DNA of 64,000 nt. Origin: the human T2T-CHM13v2.0 reference genome, Homo sapiens. Both the position numbers and the translations under genes were made by a program. Shown here in pieces: positions 30,640 through 45,400 of the stretch. The stretch's first letter is position 1, and each line of letters opens with the position of its first letter. The notes beneath the pieces are model-generated. The model was not told the origin of the DNA and did no database searches. It was given only the letters and a program-made list of their open reading frames with translations. The stretch is from the NCBI RefSeq assembly GCF_009914755.1, contig NC_060936.1; one strand, written 5' to 3'.

Positions 30640-33222
30640 AAGTTGACCCTTGAACAACATGAGTTTGAACTGCACAGGTCCACTTACACAGAGTTTTTTC
30701 AACAATTATCTTAATTCTTTGGATATTTGCAACAATATGAAAAAACTCACAGATGAATCATGCAGCTTATGAATATAGAAAAAATTAAGGAAAAGTTACT
30801 TATTTCAGTAATGCATAAAATACCTGTAGATACTAGTCTATTTTATCATTTACTACCATAAAATATGCAAAAATCTATTATAAAATTAAAATTTATCAAA
30901 ACTTATCCACACAAACACAGACACTACAAGAAACCATTCACAGTCCAAAGAAATGTAAACAAATATAAAGATGCAGTAGTAAATCATAGTATATAAAATT
31001 AATTGTAGTACATACTGTACTACTATAATAATTTTATAGCCTTTTCCTGTTGCTATTACGGTGCACATGAGTGTTACATAATGCTACATTTTTTGTTGAA
31101 TAAATTGCTTGATATATACTATAGATTGAGGCTTTCTGCAGCAATTGTCCACCATTTCAAGATAAGTGAATAAATGCATTCATTCAGTTTATCTGTAATT
31201 TACTCAGTGTAAGGACTATTACAAGAAAAAAAAATTGAAGCCATCACTGCAGTGATGCCAGCAGGCACAAAAGCCTTACACTTAGTGCTTTTATTTATTT
31301 TACCTCATATTGAAAATACAGCTTTTATGTGGGTGCAGGAGTGCTATAAAGACATACCTATAGGCTCTAATGTGACTCTGGAAAAAAGTGAAGTTATTAC
31401 TTGACAACTCAAAGTAAAAGGAAGGTGAAGGATCTAAAGCTGGAGAATTTAATGCAAGCAAGGGATGGTTTGATAATTTTAGAAAGAGGTTTAACTTAAA
31501 AAATGCCATGATAATAGAAGAAATAGCTTTTGCTAATCAAAAAGCAGCAGATAAGTTCCCAGACACCATTCAAAAAAGTATTGAGGAGAAAGGATATCTG
31601 CCTAAACACGTTTTTTTCCCTTGGGTTTTTCTTTTTCTTTTTCTTTTTTTTTTTGTAATGAAGAGGAAAGCACCTTATTCTGAGGGGGAAAAATGCCATA
31701 AAGGACATGTATTAGTAAAGAGGATAAATGGGCACCATGATTTAAGGCAGGAAGGGATAGGCTAGCCCTACTGTTTTGTGAGAATGCAATTGGGTTATGA
31801 TCAGAACTGCCCTTATCTATAAAGCTGCTAACCTCTTAACCTTGAAAGAAAAAGATAAGCACCAGCTACCAGTCTTTTGTTTATACAGCAAGAGGCCTGA
31901 ACAATGAGAAAAGAACCCTTTTCCTTGATTGGTCCTGTTGATGCTTTGTCCCTGAAATCAGGAAGTATCTTGCCAGTAAGAGACTACTTTTAAAAGTTCT
32001 TTCAATTTTGGACAATGCCTCTGGCCAGTCTGAACCCCATGAGTTCAACAGCAAGGCATCACAGTAGTCTACTTGTCCCCAAACACAATGTCTATATTTC
32101 AGCCTCCAGATGAGGAGGGTCATAGAATCATTAAGGCTCATTACACATGGTATTCTAAGAGAATAATTGGAAATTCAATGAAAGGAAACTCCAGTAGAGG
32201 GAAAATCATGAAAACATTAATCTGGAAGGATTAAACCGTGGAAGATTCCATCATTGTTATAGAAAAATCCACCAAAGCCATCCAGCCTGAAACGGTAAAT
32301 TTCTGCTGGAGAAAACTGTGTCCAAATGTTGTGCTTGTCTTCACAGAATTAACAACACTAATCAAGGAAAGAGATTGTGGATATGGCAAGAAAAAAAAAA
32401 GAGAAAGAAAGAGAGAGATTGTGGATATGGCCAAAAAAAAAAAAATTAGTAGGGGTGGGTGAAAGGTTTCAAGATGTGAATACTGGAGTAATTCAAGAGC
32501 CCTTAAACACCATGCCAGGGGAATTAACAGAAGACAATTTGATAGTGAGTGCTTCTGAACCAGTGCCAGATGACGAAGAAGAAGATGTAGAAGAAACAGT
32601 GCCAGAAAACAAATTGACATTAGACAGTCTGGCAGAAGGGTTCCGATTATTTGACTGTTTTTGACTTCTTTTCTTTTATGACTGGGACCCTTCCATGATA
32701 AGAGCACTGAAAAGAAGACAAAAAGTAGGGGGGGGGGGAAGCATTAGTACCACATGGAAACAATTTTAGAGAAATAAAAAAGCAAGAAAGTCAGACACAC
32801 ATTGTGATGTATGTTTTGTGCCTGCTCCCCCCTTCTACCTCCATCTCTTACACCTCTGCCACCCGAGACAGCAAGACCAACCCCTCCTCTTCCTTCTCCT
32901 CCACAGCCTACTCAACATGAAAACAATAAGGATGAACATGTTTATGATGATTCACTTCCACTTAAAGAATAGTAAATATGTTGTCTTTTTCTTATAATTT
33001 TTAAATAATATTTTTTCTCTAGCTTACTTTATTGTAAGAATACACTATATACTATGTATAACATACAAAATAAGTGTTACTTGACTGTTTATGCTACCAG
33101 TAGGCTTCTCGTCAACAGTAGGCTATTAGTTAACTTTTGGGAGAGTCAAAAATTATACATAGATTTTCAACTGTGCAGGGAGTTAGCAGAGTTTAATCTC
33201 TGCATTGTTCAAGGGTCAACTG
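30640..33222 (+). mobile_element. Near full-length Tigger2 (TcMar-Tigger) inserted in an L2
   Basis: TIRs aagttgacccttgaacaa / ttgttcaagggtcaactg; left TA; pogo-like transposase remnants ADKFPDTIQKSIEEKGYLP, LDNASG, IQPETVNFCWRKL; L2 on both flanks. Confidence 0.9.
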
Positions 33223-33826
33223 CACTGTCTTAAAGCTTCTATTTCTCATTATTTTGACTGGCACTTTCTCAAGCCACTGTCATCTCTCGGCTAGATTAAT
33301 ATAATTTCCTCCGTGTTCATTGGTTCCATTTTGCCATATTCTAATCCATTCTCCATGTAGCAAGCAGCCTAAGGGATCTTTTGATAATGAAAATCTCTTT
33401 ATGCCCCACTGAATAAACTCCATCAAGGTAATGTATTTCTATTGCATTTATAATAAAGTTCAAATGACTTAACATATTCTATAGATCCTGCTATGACCAC
33501 AAATTTATATCATAGCACTATTATCATCCACTTGATTTGCTTTACACATGAACCTATAGGCCCTTTGAGGACAGAATTTATTTTTGTTTTATTAACTTTT
33601 ATATGTATGCAATATCCAGCAGATTATCTGGAGTATAGTGATAATAATAAATATTGAATAACTGAGTAAGTGAATAGTAGCTTTTTCTTAGAATGAGATC
33701 TCTTCCAAGTAGCTGGAAACAGAAGTCAGCTTCAAGGCAAGCTATTCTGTCATAAGAGTCCATCACAAGGCCTTGGGCATCAGGACAAACTAACTGGTTG
33801 TTTATTTTTTCAAAATTGCTTATTGA

Positions 33827-34260
33827 TGTAATTTATGTTAGGGTTCTCTACAGGGACAGAATTAATAGGAGATATATATAGTAGAGTTTATTAAGTATTA
33901 ACTCACATGTTCACAAGGTCCCACAATAGGCTGTCTGCAAGCTCAGGAGCCAGAAAAGCCAGTCTGAGTACCAAAACTGAAGAACTTGGAGTCCAATGTT
34001 CGAGGGTAGGAGGCATTTAGCATAGGAAGAAGATGTAGGCTGGGAGGGTAGGCCAGTCTAGTCTTCACATCTTTCTGCCTGCTTTATATTCTAGCCTTGC
34101 TGATTAGATGGTGCCCTCTCAGATTAATGGTGGATATGCCTTTACAAGCCCACTGACTCAAAAGTTAATCTCCTTTGGCCACACCCTCACAGATACACCT
34201 AGGATCAACACGTTGCATCTTTCAATCCAATCAAGTTGACACTCAGTATTCACCATCACA
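33827..34260 (-). mobile_element. MLT2A 3' LTR of a HERV-L provirus
   Basis: Same family as 17706-18160; adjacent polypurine tract (minus strand aaggggtggaat). Confidence 0.92.
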
Positions 34261-37200
34261 ATTCCACCCCTTGTCAACGTGAACCCATACACATCTCCTG
34301 AGATCACACATAATCTTCAGATAAAGACAATAATAAGGTCATAATACACCTAACATAATACAACTATTTTTCGTACAACCGAAAATACACATCAACCCCA
34401 AACCCAAATGCTATTTGATAAAATTAATACTTAAATGCTGATATGAAGTCAATAAATCTTATGTCACATAATAAAGGAAAAAGGAAATGAAGATATTTTC
34501 TTAGTACAACTGTGTACATGCACAAACATGTGTTTAACAAAAGGAGGAGGAAATATTCATGACAACTATAGTCCTCATTTCTGCAGCTGGTCACATGATT
34601 GTAGCTGGTATTGATGACTACCCTCTTCTACTACTCGTTTGATGTTCTGTTGCCTTCAGCAAGCGCCTCAGCAGGTTGTGGTTTTTATCTGGGTGGAGTG
34701 ACACAAACCTTCATTCCTGAAGGGTCTGGGTCATTTGCAATCCTTCCTGGATTGGGTTGTTGTAGCTTCCCATTGACCTTAATCACAAGGCATGGTAATT
34801 CTAAGAGACACATTTATGGATCTCCTGTGTTCCATGCACACAGTTTTTTACCTCCATTGTGGAGGAGTAGAGTGATTTAATCTTGATAGTCTGAGTCAGT
34901 CACCTGAGCCAACACTGTAACTCCCTTCTTAGCCTGTTGACTTAAAGGTAGGAAGAGCCCCAAAGTGTCCAGTTGGCAATCTTAACTTCCAGTTTAATGG
35001 AATTGGTGTGTCTCCTGGTAGCAGGATCTCTAGAACTAAGATTTTAGTTCTCTGGAACTAAGATCTCTAGGCCAGCAGAATGTAATATCCAGGGAACAGA
35101 AAACAAAAATTTTGCTAGTGGATCACTAGCGGTGATTGTGAGTGGTGCCACTTCCACTTCCACCCCTTGACTCCTGGACCTGTGAATCCTGGCTATGGGA
35201 GAAACAGCACCATATATTGGATGCTGATTCAGAGCATACACGGCCATCTGGAGAACTTTGCCCCAGCCCTACAAAGTATTGTCACCTAGTTGGCCTTGTA
35301 ATTGTGACTTCAAAAGGCCATTTCACTGTTCTATCAATCCAGCTGCTTCAGGATGACGAGGAACATGGTAAGACCAGCGAATTCCAGGAGCATGAGTCCA
35401 CTGACACACTTCTTTAGCAGCAAAGTGAGTGCCTTGGTGAGAGCCAATGCTGTGTGGAATACCATGACTGTGGATAAGGCATTCCATGAGTCCATAGATG
35501 GCAGTCTTGGCAGAAGCATTGTGTGGAGGATAGGCAAACCCCTGTCCAGAATAAGCATCTACTGCAGTGAGAACAAAGCTCTTCCCTTTCCATGATGAAA
35601 GAGATCCAATATAACCAGCCTGCCACCAGGTAGCTGGCTGATCACCCCAAGGAATGGTGCCATATCAAGGGCTCAGTGTTGGTCTCTGCTGCTGGCAATT
35701 GGGCACTCAGTAGTGGCCGTAGCAAGGTCAGCCTTGGTGAGTGGAAGCCCATGTTTCTGAGCCCATGCATAACTTCCACCCCCACCACCACGGCCACCTT
35801 ATTCATGGGCTCATTGGGCGATGACAGGGTGACTGAAGAGGCTGAGTGGTGTCCACAGAATGGGTCATCCTATCCACTTGATTATCAAAATCCTCCTCTG
35901 CTGAGGTTACCCTTTGGTGAGCACTCAAATGGGATACAAATATCTTCACAGTTTTTGACCACTCAGAGAGGTCCATCCACATACCTCTTCCCCAAATTTC
36001 TTTGTCACCAATTTTCCAATTATTCTTTTTCCAAGTCCCTGACCATGCAGCCAAATCATTGGCTACAGTCCATGAATCAGTATATAATCGCACATCTGGC
36101 CATTTCTCCTTCCATGCAAAGTGCACAACCAGGTGCACTGCTTGAAGCTCCTCCCAATGGGAAAGATTCCCTTCACCACTGTCCTTCAGGGATGTCCTAG
36201 AAAGGGGCTGTAGTGCTGTAGCTGTCCACTTTTGGGTGGTGCCTGCATATCATGCAGCATCATCTGTGAACTAGCCCCTAGTCTTCTCTTCCTCTGTCAA
36301 CTGATCATTTGGATCTCCCTATGAGGCCATCAATGCAGGCTGGGGAAGAGAAGGTAGGGTGGCAGGAGTGGAGACCATGGACATTTGAGCCACATCCTCA
36401 TGTAACTTACTTGTGCCTTCAGGACCTGCTTGAGCCCAATCACATATATACTACTTCCATTTGATAATGGAATGCTGCTGTGCATGACCCACTTTATGGA
36501 TAGATGGGTCAGAAAGCACCCAGTTTATGATAGGCAGTTCAGGTTGTATGGTGACTTGATAACCCATAGTCAAACGTTCCCAGTAACAGGTCAAGAGCTG
36601 TCTCTCAAAAGGAGAGTAGTTATCTGCAGAAGATGGCAGGACCTTGCTCCAAAATCCTAGAGGCCTCCACTGTGATTCACATATGGGGGCCTGCCAAAGG
36701 CTCCAAACAACATCCCTATCTGCCACTGACACCTCAAGTACCATTAGATCTTCTGGATCCTATGGCCCAAGTAGCAGAGCAGCATGCACAGCAGCCTGGA
36801 CCTGTTGCAGAACCTTCTTTTGTTCTGGACCCCGTTCAAAATTGGCAGCCTTTTGGGTCACTTGATAAATGGGCCGGATTAAAAAACCCAAATGAGAAGT
36901 GTGTTGCCTCCAAATTCCAAATAGGCCGATTAGGCATTGTGCCTCTTTCTTGGTTGTAGGAGGGGCCAAAGGCAGCAACTTATTCTTCAGCTAGGAAGGA
37001 ATACCTCGACAGGCCCCACACCACTGGACATCTAGACATTTTACTGAGGTAGAAGTTCCCTGAATTTTAGTCAGATTCATTTTGCATCCTCTGGCACACA
37101 AATGTCTCACCAATAAATCCAGTATGTTTGCTACTTCTTGCTTACTGGATTGAATCAGCATAATATCATCAATGTAATGGACCAGTGTGATATATTGTGG

Positions 37201-37940
37201 AAGCGAACAGCAATCAAGTTCTCTCCAAATAAGATTATGATGCAAAACCGGAGAGTTGATATACCCCTGAGTTAGGACAGTAAAGGTATATTGCTGGCTT
37301 TGGCAGCTGAAGGCAAATTGCTTCTGGTGGGCCTATGGACAGGAATGGAGAAAAAGGTATTTACCGAGTAAATGGCTGCATACCAGGTACCAGGAGATGT
37401 GTTAATTTGCTCAACGTAATGAAACTACATCTGGTACAGCAGCTGCAATTGCGGTCACGACTTGGTTAAGCTTATGATAATCCATTGTCATTCTCCAAGA
37501 TGCATCTTTCTTCTGCACAGGCCAAATGGGAGAGTTGAACAGGGATGTGGTAGGAATCACCACCCCTGCATCTTTCAAGTCCTTGATGGTAGTATTAATC
37601 TCTGCAATCTCTCCAGGGATGCCATATTGTTTTTGATTTATTATTTTTCTAGGTAGAGGAGGCTCTAATGGCTTCCATTTGGCCTTTCCCACCATAATAA
37701 TAGCCCTCACCCTACCAGTCAGGCAGCCAAAGTGGGGGTCCTGCCAGCTGCTAAGTATGTCTATGCCAATTATGCATTGTGGCACTGGGGAAATGACCAC
37801 AGGATGAGTCCGGGGACCCACTGGACCCTCTGTAAGTCAGACCTGAGCTAAAACTCAATTACTTACATGACCTCTATAAGCTCCTACTTTAACTGGAGGA
37901 CCACAATGATGTTTTAGGTCCCCTGGAATCAACATTAATT
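34261..37940 (-). mobile_element. HERV-L internal region (partial protease, RT, RNase H, IN, dUTPase-like); gag and 5' LTR absent
   Basis: [67 protein letters not shown]; multiple stops and frameshifts; no env. Confidence 0.93.
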
Positions 37941-38039
37941 GAATGCCAATGAAGAAAGAGTGAACATTCATTGTTGAAGTGAGAAAAGTGTGTATTTGGG
38001 TTTCACTTGAAACAAAGGCAGGACTTTCAGAACAGCAGT

Positions 38040-41000
38040 GTAAAGAGATTGGCATATTATTTATCAGGCAAAACAATAACTTAAGGAATTACGATTATAA
38101 TAAAAACAATAATTAAATTTCTAGAAATTGTCCTATGAAGAAACAGCAAATAAAGGAACATTTACAAAAAAAAAAAAAAATCCTAAATCTTAGTACGAAA
38201 GAGAAGAATCTGTAGTATTTCAGCCACAATCCACTTACTTCTCACCACAACACAGCCCTGTCTTATTGAAATTACTCAAAGCATTCCCCTCCTGGAAGGT
38301 AGAGAAAATGTAGTTTACTTCTTCTCTAAGCTGTGAGCCTAGAACTAAGCTTTTACTCTGGAAAAAGCAGGTCACCAGTGTTTCTCATCTCTCCAGTCCT
38401 GTGTCCTCTAAGTTCTATTTCACATAGATACCACTAGGAGGGTAGTATCTTCATATGTGAAGATGTATGAAAGGCTGAGAATAAGAACCTCAAGCCCCTT
38501 CCCCAGCTTGCTTACAGAGTAGGAGGTCTACCCTGGAAGAGACAAGCCCAGAAGACCAGGGACTGCCACTCCCTCCCAAGATGACTAATAGAATGAGGAT
38601 GCCACGTCAAAAGAAATGAGTCTACACCCCCAGTTCAGGTGTAGGAATGCAAAGATTCTGCCCAGAGAGAAGGCAAGACATTTAAATAAAGAGATGCATA
38701 GCTCCGCTAGAAGGGACTGACTTTATTTGAAACAAAGTGGAAAACGCCTTGCCTCAGTGTGTTATTTAAAGCAAGGACAAGAAGAATACAGTATGAAACT
38801 AAAGAGCAAAGCAGCTACTAGTTTAATAGAACTAGGGAAACAGCCAAGAAAAGTCTTCCTGAGATTATCATCAACTCTCGGAGTTGAGAAGGCTGTGTGT
38901 ATATGCTAGGCTACAACCACTCAGAAGCAACCAGAGCAGAATGTGGGCATACTTGCAAGCATTCTCCAAGCTGTACACAAATCAGTCAACAAAAAATGGC
39001 AGCCTCACTGGCACGAGGAATTAAAACATAACAGACAAAACACTGCTGAGCAATAAGCTACTCTGACATGGGGAACTCCTAAGAATTCAGGTTTAAAATT
39101 AAAAGTCACACTCATCTCTGAGAGTCAGGAAGACTGATTGTATACCTAAGCTGTCGTTATAGAGGGAACTTCCAACCTATTAATCCTTGGTTAAATGTGG
39201 GAAAAAAATACGCACACTTCCTGAACTGTGATAGTGGTCTCTAATCTAGACTCATATCCAACAGTAATGGGTAAAAATTTAACTGATTAAATACCTTAAA
39301 CATAACTTTTTATCAATGAGTGGCTTATTCTGACATGAAAGCAATCCCTAGATAATAGCAAGAATGAAAGATACAATTAAAAATTAGCAGAAACATCAGA
39401 TGCTGCATAATGGAGTGGCAAATGGATTTCGCAAAATTATTTTATTCAAGTATCGATACAAAAATAAATGACTAAGCAAAGAGCAATATTTGGGAGACAG
39501 TATTCATATTCAGAGTTACTCCTAACCACAAGGGAGCAAAGCTGTACTGTAATAAGTCATGGACAATAATTCAAATCCATAGAAAGAAATGAAAAAGAAA
39601 GGGTTAATAAAAAGGTTAACATAATCAACTATATGTATATATACACACACACACACATATATATACACATATATACACACACACATATATATACATATAT
39701 ACATATACATGCTCTCTTTTCTTCTCTCAGCTTCTATAAGAGATACAAGATTATATAAAGTAAAAATTATAACAGTTTTGAAGAGGTTTAACGTATATAG
39801 ATACTATCTATATCAGTAATAACTTGTAGCTCAATAAGAGGGAGAAAGAATAGCAGTACGTAGAAGTAAAATTTGTATATTTTAATGGAGCTATGTCAAT
39901 ATTACTCTAAAAGAAAATTTGATAATTTTTTTATATTGTAAGTCTCAGAGAAACCACTAAGGAATGATTTCAATATATAGTGAAAAAAGCATTAAAATAA
40001 TTAAAATGTTACACTAGGAAATATTCCCTAAATATAAAAAGACAATAAAGGGGAAATACAGAGAAAAATATGCAACTTATTGAAAACAAAAATGGCAAAT
40101 GTTTAATAATAATAAATGTAAATGGCTTAAGCAAACTATTCAGAAGGTGGAGATTATCAGGTTGGATTAAATAAGAATATGATGCAATAAAAGGAGATAT
40201 ATATATAAGCTGTAAAATTATAAATAGTTTAGAGAGAAAAGGATTGAAAAAGATATACCATAAGAGAGCTATACTGTCTACACTATAAGAAAAAAAAAAC
40301 AGATCTTCAAATTTTTTAAATGTTACTGAAGACATTTCATAATGATAAAATAATTAATTAATTGGGAAGACTTAACAATTTATAAAAATGCATGCCTCTT
40401 AAAATGGAGACAAAACGCCATACACTAAATTTAGAAAACTGAAAGGAAAACATCCAATTTAAAAATAACAGTTAAAAATCTTTAGTGCCCCATTTTCAAT
40501 AAAGGATAAAACAACTAGCAAAAAAGATCAACAAGCAAAAAGAAGACCTGAACAAAACCCTAAACAAGCTAGACTTAACAGATATCTTTAGAGTATTTTA
40601 CGTAAAAACAGCAAAAAACACATATTTTTTCAAATACGCATTGAACATTCTCCAGAATAGACCACATGCTAAACCATAATACAAGCCTTAATATATCTAA
40701 AAGGAAATTAATCATACAGATAATGTTTCTGGGTCACAAAAGAAGTAAATTTGACATCAGTAACAGATGAAAATTTAGGTGTTTATGATATGTGAAAAAT
40801 TAAACAATATGCCATAATTAACCAATGAGAGAAAGGAGAAATCTCAAGTAAAATTAGAAAATACTTTGAGATGCATAAAAACAAAAACCACAACATACCA
40901 AAACTTACAGAAGAAAGCAAAAGAAGTATTCAGAGAGAAATTTATAGCTGTAAATGCCTAAATTTTTAAAGAAAAAAAAGCCTCAACTAAATAACCAAAA

Positions 41001-41990
41001 CTCCACTTACAGAAACTAGAAAAAATAAGAGCATGCTAAACCCAAAGTAAGCAAAGCACGTAGAAGAAGGATATAACAAAGACTAGAAGGTCATTACACA
41101 AAATAGAGAATAGAAATATGGGGGTATTCAAAAAGTTTACAAAAAAACACATAATATAAAAATTATGCATGTGGAAGCAGCTTTAGAATTGGATAATAGG
41201 CAGAAAGTAAGAGAGCAGGATAGAAAAAGCCTAGATTGCCATGAATAGAGTGTTAAAGGTAATTCTGGTGAGGGTATACATACACACACACACATATATA
41301 TACGCACACACACATATGTATGGTTTCAGGCATCCACTGGGTGTCTTTGAACATATTTCGCATGGGTAAAGAGGTACTACTATATGCAGCTACATTAGTC
41401 AAGATTGTGCAGTATTTTCATATAATTATACACATAGAATTGGCATTTCAAACATTTACCCTTACATTTAAGTTCAACTATTTTCTACAAGAGTGATGAA
41501 ACAATTCAATAGTGAAAATCATTATGAGAGAATCCTATGAACAATTGTATGCCAGTAAATTAGACAACTAAGATAAAGTGAACAACTTCCTAGAAAGACT
41601 CAAATTACTAAAATACATAAAAGATAAAATTGAAAATCTGAATAGATTTATAACAAAAAGATTGAAATAGTAATACAAGAACTACACCAAAACAGATGTC
41701 CAGGACCAGATGGCTTCAGTGGTAAATTCTACCAAAAACTTAAAGAGAAATAGATGTCAATCCATTATAAACTCCTTCAAAAAATAGGAAGAAATCCTTC
41801 TCAACTTGTTCTGTGAGGCTAGTATTACCCTGATGCCAAAAGTAACCAAAACATCACAAGAATATGTGACTATAAGCTAATATATCTTACAAATACAGAT
41901 CCAAAAATGACCCCAAAATACTAGCAAACTCAATTTAGCAACATATAAAAAGATTATATGCCATAACAAAATAAACTTTATTCTAGGAAT
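38040..41990 (+). mobile_element. Old fragmented L1M (5' region and ORF2 5' half)
   Basis: A-rich ORF2-like sequence (gaacattctccagaatagaccacatgcta, caggaccagatggcttcagtggtaaattctacc). Confidence 0.65.
41318..41382. mobile_element. MER2-like terminal fragment
   Basis: ggtttcaggcatccactgggtgtctttgaacatat...gaggtactacta. Confidence 0.65.
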
Positions 41991-42019
41991 ACACCTAAGA
42001 TTACTTTTAATGTGAAAAT

Positions 42020-42431
42020 CCCTTATGAATTAATGAAGGGTATTATTGCAGGAGTGGGTTTTTTAATAAAAGGCTGAGATTACCCTCTGCCCCCCACCTT
42101 TTGCCTTCTCTTTGCTCTTCTACCATAGGGTGATGCAGCAAGAAGAACCTTACCAAATAACAGTTCCTCAGTTTTAGACTTCACAGCCTCGAAAACCATG
42201 AGCCAATACATTTCTATTCATTATACATTATGTCATCAGTTATATTCTTTTATAGCAGCACGAAGCAGACCAAGACAGAAAATTGGTACCAGAGAAATGA
42301 GATGTTGCTAGAACAAATACCTAAAAATGTGGAAGCAGCTTTGTAACTGGGTAATGGGCAGAAGGTAAGAGAGCAGGATAGAAAAGGCCTAGATTGCCAT
42401 GAATAGAGTGTTAAGGGTGATTCTGGTGAGG
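42020..42431 (+). mobile_element. MaLR MST-type partial LTR (to 42277) plus start of internal region
   Basis: gatgcagcaagaag...tatagcagcacgaagcagaccaagaca|gaaaattggtacc. Confidence 0.8.
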
Positions 42432-45400
42432 ATATATATATATATCTCCAGTAATCTTAATTTTTATCATATCAAGTTTTTGAAAAGTTCTAAGCAGTGA
42501 ATTATTTTATATCTTATACATCAAAAAATCCAGAAAGAAAATAACAAATATTTTTAAATAACTGCAACTCATTATTTAGAAAATGAGTATTTTAACTAGA
42601 ATATTCTATAATGCCCTAAATATTTTTCTCAAAAAGTCTTCTTTTGCTAATTCTAACATTAACTTAATCAATTCTATTGCCCTTATCTTTCCCCTAAAAT
42701 GCTTTATATATGCAATTATTGTAGTTTGTATTAGTGTTTGATTTCTCTTTTTCTTTTTCCAAGTTTTGATTTCCCTTTTTTTGTTCAGTTTGTTTTGCCT
42801 ATTGCTCTTTTTAAGAATATTATAATCTGGTAAATATTAGTTACAGTACCTTTCAAATTATTTTAGCATCATTCCAAAGTCAGAAAATTAAAATATTTTA
42901 CCACTCCATCAACTCACAAATCAGCTAAATATATACATATCCTGGAACAAAATGGACTTATAAATCTACTGTCAGTGTATTCACTGTGTGTTTCTCAATA
43001 CTTATAACTGTTTTATATCATACTTTTTCTTTGCATTTTATCATCCACCTGTGTGGAAGAATTAAAAGCAGGGCATTGATTGTATAAATAGATGGCAGAA
43101 ATAGGAAGTGGAGATTAGGTACTAATATAGCTCAGGATAGAGACTCAAGTAAAAAAAAAAAAAGTAGTCTAAAGGTTTTCTTGACTATTTGAATCCATAA
43201 GAAAGAATGTGCCTCAATTTTATATCCCAATATGACTCCATCTGATGAAACTAAATTTATGTGTATAATTTTTGTGCGTGCAACACTTTCTTGTTTCTGC
43301 ACATAAATAAGCTATCCTCAAATTATAAAATTTCATGCCTGAGGTGCCCTCACACAGACAATCACAGAATATTTGCCCCTCCACTGTTTATGCTCACAAA
43401 GCTAAAAATCAACTGAAAAACAGGACAGCCCGCCTTTTCCTCTGATATAATACTTGTCAATCATGAAATTGTCGTGGTTTACAATTCTGCTTGGTCAGTA
43501 ACTCCTGACAGATTAAAATGAAACTATGAAAGTGAAAAATAGTATATTGATTTTGACTTGAAAGTGTTTAAACTCACACCCATTAATACCATGTAATTTC
43601 TATACAAATGACATTTTAGATCTCAGAGTAGGCTCTTTGTTCTTGTTCTATTTAATTCCCAAAAAGTCACTCTTTCTTCTCACATTCCCTATATCTTAAC
43701 CCAAAATGCTTTTGCCACTATTCTTTCCATTATCAATTTTTAGAGCAATGGCATTTTAAGTGCTCTGATATATAGTGCAAGAGAAATTGCTTTGAATTAA
43801 AATACCTGCAAATTTCATATCTATGATAAATTCAAAGGAAAAAAGTGGCCCATTATCAGGAGGTTATTTCCACATGTCCATAAATTAATAGCTCTGTGTT
43901 CCTATCACAATAAAACTGCACTTAAAGCGGCCCTCTAAATTGCATTTTACCCTTAAAGACAGATATCAAATAAATTAAAAAGGTACATTTATAGGAAGTG
44001 TATACCTCTTTAGGTATTAACTGGTTAGATATTTAACATTTAAATCACAGAGCTATTTTAGGCCTCAGTATCATAGCATTCAACTCTCACCTGTGTTCTA
44101 AGAACAAACACATAATAATTAAACTTTATATAGTCATGACTAGGACTACAAGATTGACATCCAATCAAACATGCCAGCTGTAGTCCCTCAAGTTAGGGCC
44201 CACTAGACTTAAGCACCATCAACATTTCTAAACAATTAATGAAATTGTCAGCAATTCAGGACATTGATAAGTGTTCAGTCATTAAATTATTATAAATGGT
44301 TATAGCTACATGTTGTACTGTGTTAACATTTTTACTAACTTCTTCTTGAACCAATTACATCAATTTACAACACAAACTGCCTAACAATTATACATTTTGA
44401 AATATCACATGAATTATTCTGCCTTTATTTTTTCCAATTTAGTGTTTACATTATATGTTGATTTCCCACCTACTTATATAAAAAATGTGAGAAGGAACAT
44501 GCATTACAAAATAATTGTAAAATTATAAAGATTTGACAATCATCCATATGACAATATAAATTTGAATATTAGCAAGTGTTCAAAATAGAGCCAATATATG
44601 TGACAAAAATTGTCTTTAGAAATCAGTAGGGAAGAAATAAATTATTCTATAACATTGTTGATTGTTAGGAGAAAGAACAACATATAACACATTAAATTAC
44701 ATAAATCAAGAACTAAATGTAAAGCATATTTTAATTAAGTCAATCTTTACCAAAGGTACGTATCTGAGGACAAACGAAAGAATTCAAATCATAAACTCAC
44801 AATGCCCTCTATCCTACAAGTCTCTCTAAACACAAAAACAGCAAATGTTTTTAAATTCCAAATATCCAAATATTCACTGTCTCTTACGTGGGAGATAGTC
44901 TTCTAGAATATATGTGCAAAAGAATTTATAAATTTTAAAAGGACTATTTTTATATAATATTTTAAAATTTTATATTTAAGTTAAACAAGTGTAAAAGGCA
45001 AAACACAAAGATGATATGCCAATAATTAGTATACGAGAGGTGAAGGGCTGATGCCCTTAACATATAAAGTGCTCCTACAAGCCAGTTTCAAAATGTGGGT
45101 AGTCCCTCAAAAAAAATCCAGAAAAGATGTAATAGACAAACATAAAATAACTACAAATGACTAATAAGTATATTAAAAAATAGAAACTCCCAAGAGTAAA
45201 AGTTTAATCAAGGAAATGTGCAGAAAAACACAAAGGTACATATTTTTTTCCTTTGAAATTGGCAAATATAAACGTATATAGCAGCAAATGCATACACACA
45301 GATACACATGCCTACATGCAGACACACACACACACAAGACATTTCTTATGTATGGTATAAAGATATAAGTCCATTATTCACTAGCACAATCTTTCTGAAA

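Noticed and set aside
17706-34260. The two MLT2A LTRs as ends of one provirus
   Set aside because: The internal region lies on the far side of the second LTR, the first is a separate insertion in L1MA, and the DNA between them is unrelated
35142-37656. Plus-strand ORFs up to 174 aa
   Set aside because: Antisense shadows of HERV-L pol
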